Shown: positions 59,801 through 64,000 of the stretch, in pieces | Layout of the letters: every line of letters starts with the position of its first letter | Numbering within the stretch: position 1 is the stretch's first letter | Origin: an uncultured Acidobacteriota bacterium | Lineage (GTDB): Bacteria > Acidobacteriota > Terriglobia > UBA7540 | Length of the DNA stretch: 64,000 bases | Assembly (NCBI GenBank): GCA_963804995.1 | Contig: CAWDSK010000005.1 | Coordinates: forward strand, 896,001-960,000 | Direction: 5' to 3' | Notes under the pieces: model-generated | What the model saw: only the letters and a program-made list of their open reading frames with translations | The model's database searches: none | What the model was told of the DNA's origin: nothing | Made by a program: the position numbers and the translations under genes

Positions 59801-62239
59801 TCGCGCCACGCGACCGCGCCATCCTCGCCGTCCTTCTTCAGTCGAAAGACGCGGAAACCGTAGTGGTGGTGAACGAAGCCATGCGACACCATGACCAAGT
59901 TCAAAGTCGGGCCCAGGGGTGGAATCGGTGGGCTGGGGCCGCGGGATTGGCGGGCGGCGTCTTTGAAGACGCGCGCCATGCGCAGAATATGGCGGACGGT
60001 TAGGAGCCGGCGCATGGCGATGCCCGCGCCGCGCCGCCGCGTCACCTAGGGGCGCGCCCGCTCCCGTCAGCAGTGCGACGCTTGCCAAGGATGAGTCCGG
60101 CTTCCTCCGCCCCGCGCGTGCGCTCATACTTTCCGGAGGCGCTCTACATCAATCCGGAAATCATTACGGACGGTGACGGCCGCGCCAGCATTGCGATTCC
60201 GCTGGCCGATTCCATTACCACTTGGCGGATGGCGATGCTGGCCTCGACGCCGCACGGCGCTCTGGGAAGTGCCACATCCAGCCTGAAGGTTTTCCAGGAT
60301 TTCTTTGTGGACCTCGATCTCCCCGTCACGCTCACGCAAGGTGACCGGGTTTCGATCCCCGTGGCCGTTTACAACTACTCCGGCCAGCAGGGGGACGTCA
60401 GCCTGCAGCTTCAGCCCGACGACTGGTACTCGCTGGCGGATGATGTGGCCGATAAAACCGTTGCGGTGGATTCCGGGCGCGTGGGTGGATCGCAGTTCAC
60501 GCTGGAAGCCAAGCGCATCGGGAAATTCAAACTGACGCTTTCCGCACGCATGCAGGGCGGCGCCAGTCGCGCTGACATCGTGGTTCGGGAAATCGAAGTC
60601 ATTCCCAACGGGCGCGAGCAGAATCTGGTCTTCAATGGACGCCTGGAATCCTCCGTGCAGCATGAACTGAATTTCCCTGCCGGGACTATCCCCGACGCCA
60701 CCAAGATTTTCGTCCGCCTCTATCCCGGCCCGTTGAGCCAGGTTATCGAAGGCATGGACAGCATCTTGCGCATGCCGGGCGGCTGCTTTGAGCAGACTTC
60801 CTCCAGCACTTATCCCAACGTGCTGGCGCTTGATTACATGAAGCGCACCAAGAAGCTGACTCCCGAAGTGCACGCGAAAGCGGAGGGGTACATCGCCAAC
60901 GGCTATCAGCGCCTGCTGACGTTTGAAGTTCCGGGGGGCGGCTTCTCCTGGTTCGGCAGCGCGCCCGCCAACAAGATCCTGACGGCATACGGCCTGATGG
61001 AGTTCTACGACATGTCGAAGGTCTACGAGGTTGATCCGAACCTGATTCTGCGCACCCAGCAATGGCTCGCCGGGCAACAGCAGGCGGACGGCAGTTGGAA
61101 GCCGGATACCTCCTTCATCAACGAAGGCGCGACGAATCGCTACAACTCCGATGTGTTGCGGATTACGGCTTATATCGCGTGGTCGCTGGAGAATACGGGT
61201 TACCAGGGACCGGCGGTGGAAAGAGCAAAGCAGTTCATCGAGAAACATCTGAACGCCAAGCTGGACGCCTACACGCTGGCGGTGCTCGCGAACTTCGCCA
61301 CGGACTTTGGCAAGGACCGCGACTTTACCCGCCAAACGATGCAAATGCTGCTCGATGCCCGCACCGAAAAAGACGAGCAGGCGTGGTGGAGCGCGGAGGA
61401 AACCGCGGTCTATTCCACCGGCGCGAGCGCCAGCGTGGAGACCACCGGGCTGGCCGTGCAAGCACTGCTCAAGTGGGGCCAGGCCTCGGGCACAGCGCGC
61501 AAGGCGCTCGCCTACATTGCCGCAAAGAAGGACGCGTCCGGCACGTGGGGCACGACGCAGGCGACCATCATGGCGCTGCGATCCTTGCTGCTCGCTACCG
61601 AGAAAGGTTCGGCGGACGTCCGCGGCACGCTGGAGGTTTTGCTGAACGGCAAGCCGGTGGAGAAGCTCGTTCTGACGCCGGAGAATAACGACCTGCTCCA
61701 CCAGTTTGTTTTCAAGGGAATCGATTCCCAGGGCGCCAACCGCGTGGAAATCCGCTTTGAGGGAAAGGGTGGCTTGGCCTACCAGGTGGTGGGGCGATAC
61801 TTCCTGCCCTGGGACCAGAAGCCGGCGGATGAAGCTCTCTCCATTAATGTGGCATACGACCGCACGCACCTTGCGCAGAACGACATCGCCACGGCCACCG
61901 CGACAATCAAGAACAACCTGGCGAAGTCCGCGAACATGGTGATGGTTGACTTGGGGATTCCTCCCGGATTCGACCTGCTGAGCGAGGATTTGCAGGCATA
62001 CCAGGAAAAGAGTGCGGGGCAGCAAGAGCGGTCACCTGGAGAAGTTCAGCCTGACGGCGACGCAGGCCATCCTCTACTTCGATTCCTTCACGCCGGGCGA
62101 GACCGTCACGTTACAGTTCCGCCTGCGCGCCAAGTATCCCATCCGCGCTCACACCTTCCAGTCGCGCGTGTATGAATACTACGATCCGGAAGTCAGCTCG
62201 ATCGCGCGGCCCGTGCAACTGGAGGTTCGCGAGCGTTAA
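56886..62239 (+). CDS. Alpha-2-macroglobulin-family thioester protein, frameshifted as assembled (near 58530, 60000-60090, 62020)
   Basis: TEKPIYQPGQ and YVLPKF MG domains, VIDEAVFAL, RVRSYFPE, DSITTW, thioester GCFEQ (CFEQ at 60784-60795), GGFSWFG, NMVMVDLGIPPGF, VYEYYDPE; AGGAGA RBS. Confidence 0.9.
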
Positions 62240-62396
62240 GTCGGCACGTCAGGGCACGATCTGAAGTCTACTCAACCGGCGGCAAGGTGTTCCCAATCAG
62301 GGTCGCCTTCCGCCAGTGCTCCCACGCTGGCGATACCTCTTACTGTTTTGCCTTCTGAGCCATCGATCACCCTACCTCACAGCCTTCTCTAGCCAG

Positions 62397-62439
62397 CGTG
62401 ACAAAAGTCATCGGCACGCCCTTGCTGGTCCACTAACAT
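62397..62439 (+). promoter_or_regulatory. CRP/FNR-family-like site and -10 upstream of ric
   Basis: GTGACAAAAGTCAT (TGAC-N4-GTCA) centred at 62404.5; TAACAT at 62434-62439. Confidence 0.55.
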
Positions 62440-62492
62440 CGAAATGTTGAGCGCGGCTGCAAGGCATGGACCTGGCCCGCGAGGAGGATGCA

Positions 62493-63218
62493 ATGAATGT
62501 GACTACGGAAAAGACGGTACGGGAGATTGCCTTGGAAAGCTCTGGCGCCACAAGAGTTTTTGAAAAGTTAGGGATCGACTATTGCTGTGGCGGCAATAGG
62601 ACGCTTGAAGAAGCTTGCCGCACGGCCAGCCTTTCGGTTAGGGACGTACTGGACTCGCTCGAAGCGGCCGACCAATCAGCACGCGCTACTCCGAGGGACC
62701 GCGATTGGCAAGCGGAGTCCTTGGTCGAACTGATCTCACACATCACGAACACTTACCACAAGTACACACGCGAAGAGATTGCCCGGCTCGGTCCACTTTT
62801 TGACAAAGTTTGCTCTGTCCATGGAAACAATCATCCCGAACTTCTTGAGCTTCGTGCCACTTTCCAGGGCTTGGCTCAGGAATTGACCCTGCACATGATG
62901 AAAGAAGAGAAGGTTCTGTTCCCACACGTAATAAGAATGGAAGTGGCAGCTATCGCGAAGGCGCCCATCCCGTCGTCACCCTTCGGCAGCGTACAGAACC
63001 CCGTGTCGATGATGGAGCATGAGCATGACTCCGCCGGCAACGCCCTTCGTGCCTTGCGGGGGGCCAGCAACGGCTATGCCGCACCTGGCGATGCCTGTGT
63101 GAGCTACCAGACCCTCTACAAAGCCTTGGCTGAGTTTGAGGCCGATCTGCACCAGCACATTCATCTTGAAAACAACATCCTGTTTCCCCGCGCGATTGCG
63201 TTGGAAAAGACGCAGTAA
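62493..63218 (+). CDS. ric: Iron-sulfur cluster repair di-iron protein (Ric/YtfE)
   Basis: GIDYCCGG, VHG..HPEL, HMMKEEKVLFP, MEHEHD, HIHLENNILFP; GAGGAGG RBS. Confidence 0.95.
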   Translation: MNVTTEKTVREIALESSGATRVFEKLGIDYCCGGNRTLEEACRTASLSVRDVLDSLEAADQSARATPRDRDWQAESLVELISHITNTYHKYTREEIARLGPLFDKVCSVHGNNHPELLELRATFQGLAQELTLHMMKEEKVLFPHVIRMEVAAIAKAPIPSSPFGSVQNPVSMMEHEHDSAGNALRALRGASNGYAAPGDACVSYQTLYKALAEFEADLHQHIHLENNILFPRAIALEKTQ

Positions 63219-63245
63219 CAAATCACTAGGCATGGCCGGGATTCT

Positions 63246-63482
63246 CTAGCGTGTAATGCGCAGGGTCCACTTCGACTGGAGGGGCGGCGTGTCGGCCCGC
63301 AACAGAATGCGGTACAGGCGTTCCCCCCAGGACTGGCGAAGCTCCGCGTTGTCGATGGGAATTTCCTCCACAGCGGCATGGAAGGCTCGTCCGTCGTAAG
63401 CGATGCGCACGGGCTCGCCCGAGGGCATCGTCAATATGAGCTTGCCGGGAGCCGGAGTCTGTTCCTCTGCCAAGCTGGTCAT
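63246..63482 (-). pseudogene. Short ORF resembling the C-terminal tail of heparinase II/III-like proteins (probable remnant)
   Basis: VRIAYD...VEEIPIDNAELRQSWGERLYRILL resembles that tail by recall only; no upstream coding sequence. Confidence 0.4.
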
Positions 63483-63531
63483 GCCCGGATATAATAAGGT
63501 TCTATCGCAATGGCTTTGTGAGGAGACAACT

Positions 63532-64000
63532 GTGGCTACTAGCTTTCAGGGATTCACGGCTGATTCATTTCTTTTTTTCGAAGAACTCGCGCGCAACAAT
63601 CACAAGGCGTGGTTTGACTTGAACCGCGCTCGCTACGACCAGCACGTCGTGGGAGCCTTTCGTGGACTGCTGGAGGCTTTGACGCCGTTCCTCGTGAAAC
63701 TCAATCCGCATTTTGAAACCGGCGGCAAGACCAACGGTAACTTTTCGCGCATCAATCGCGACATTCGTTTCGCCAAGGACAAGAGCCCCTACAAGTCGAA
63801 CTTCTATCTTTACGTGTACGACAGCCGCCACGAGCGCGGCCATGCGGGGCGCTTATACGTAGGGCTTTCGGCGGATTGCCTCACGGTGGGCTTTTCGATT
63901 TATGGAAGTTGGCGTGGTCCCAAAGGGGCGCTGGAAACTTTGTTTCGCAAACGCCTGGTCACTCATCGCAAAGTTTTCGACGGCCTCCTGGCGCGCGTGG
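63532..64000 (+). CDS. DUF2461-family protein, 3'-partial
   Basis: Not in ORF track because it has no stop; GTG after AGGAGA; FFEELARNNHKAWFDLNRARY, SRINRDIRFAKDKSPYK. Confidence 0.88.
   Translation, partial: MATSFQGFTADSFLFFEELARNNHKAWFDLNRARYDQHVVGAFRGLLEALTPFLVKLNPHFETGGKTNGNFSRINRDIRFAKDKSPYKSNFYLYVYDSRHERGHAGRLYVGLSADCLTVGFSIYGSWRGPKGALETLFRKRLVTHRKVFDGLLARV

Noticed and set aside
1..64000. tRNA, rRNA, prophage or known riboswitch
   Set aside because: No cloverleaf, rRNA-like, phage structural or recognisable aptamer sequence found by eye; a tRNAscan/Rfam run would be needed to exclude them

Overview
GC-rich bacterial chromosomal window. Gene content and repeat types suggest Acidobacteriota, but this is an inference. 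Left part (1-31 kb): malic enzyme maeB, a VapBC pair, an M50-CBS protease, two GH2 glycosidases flanking a tandemly duplicated two-gene amidohydrolase cassette, a MacB-type ABC transporter/esterase/FGGY kinase operon, a sugar-acid-like catabolic cluster (enolase-superfamily enzyme, MFS, AGE epimerase, ceramidase-like protein, LarA homologue, TIM-barrel epimerase), DUF4159 and a multicopper oxidase. Middle: a complete 1821-bp ISKra4-type element with a 9-bp target duplication, directly upstream of a MoxR/vWA/TPR/BatA operon. Right part (46.8-56.8 kb): an accessory hotspot with five toxin-antitoxin pairs, a two-gene AIPR + GHKL(MORC-like) ATPase candidate defence module, and many REP-like, heptamer and longer repeats. 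It is followed by a thioester alpha-2-macroglobulin with an unusual insert, ric/ytfE and a partial DUF2461 gene. Four long genes are split by single-base indels that look like assembly errors. No rRNA, tRNA or CRISPR array was recognised. Best leads: the AIPR-GHKL module, the four-copy structured repeat with a fixed-distance ATG upstream of the macroglobulin, a Tat signal cut off from the AGE epimerase by an in-frame amber codon, and the Tat/non-Tat amidohydrolase pairs.
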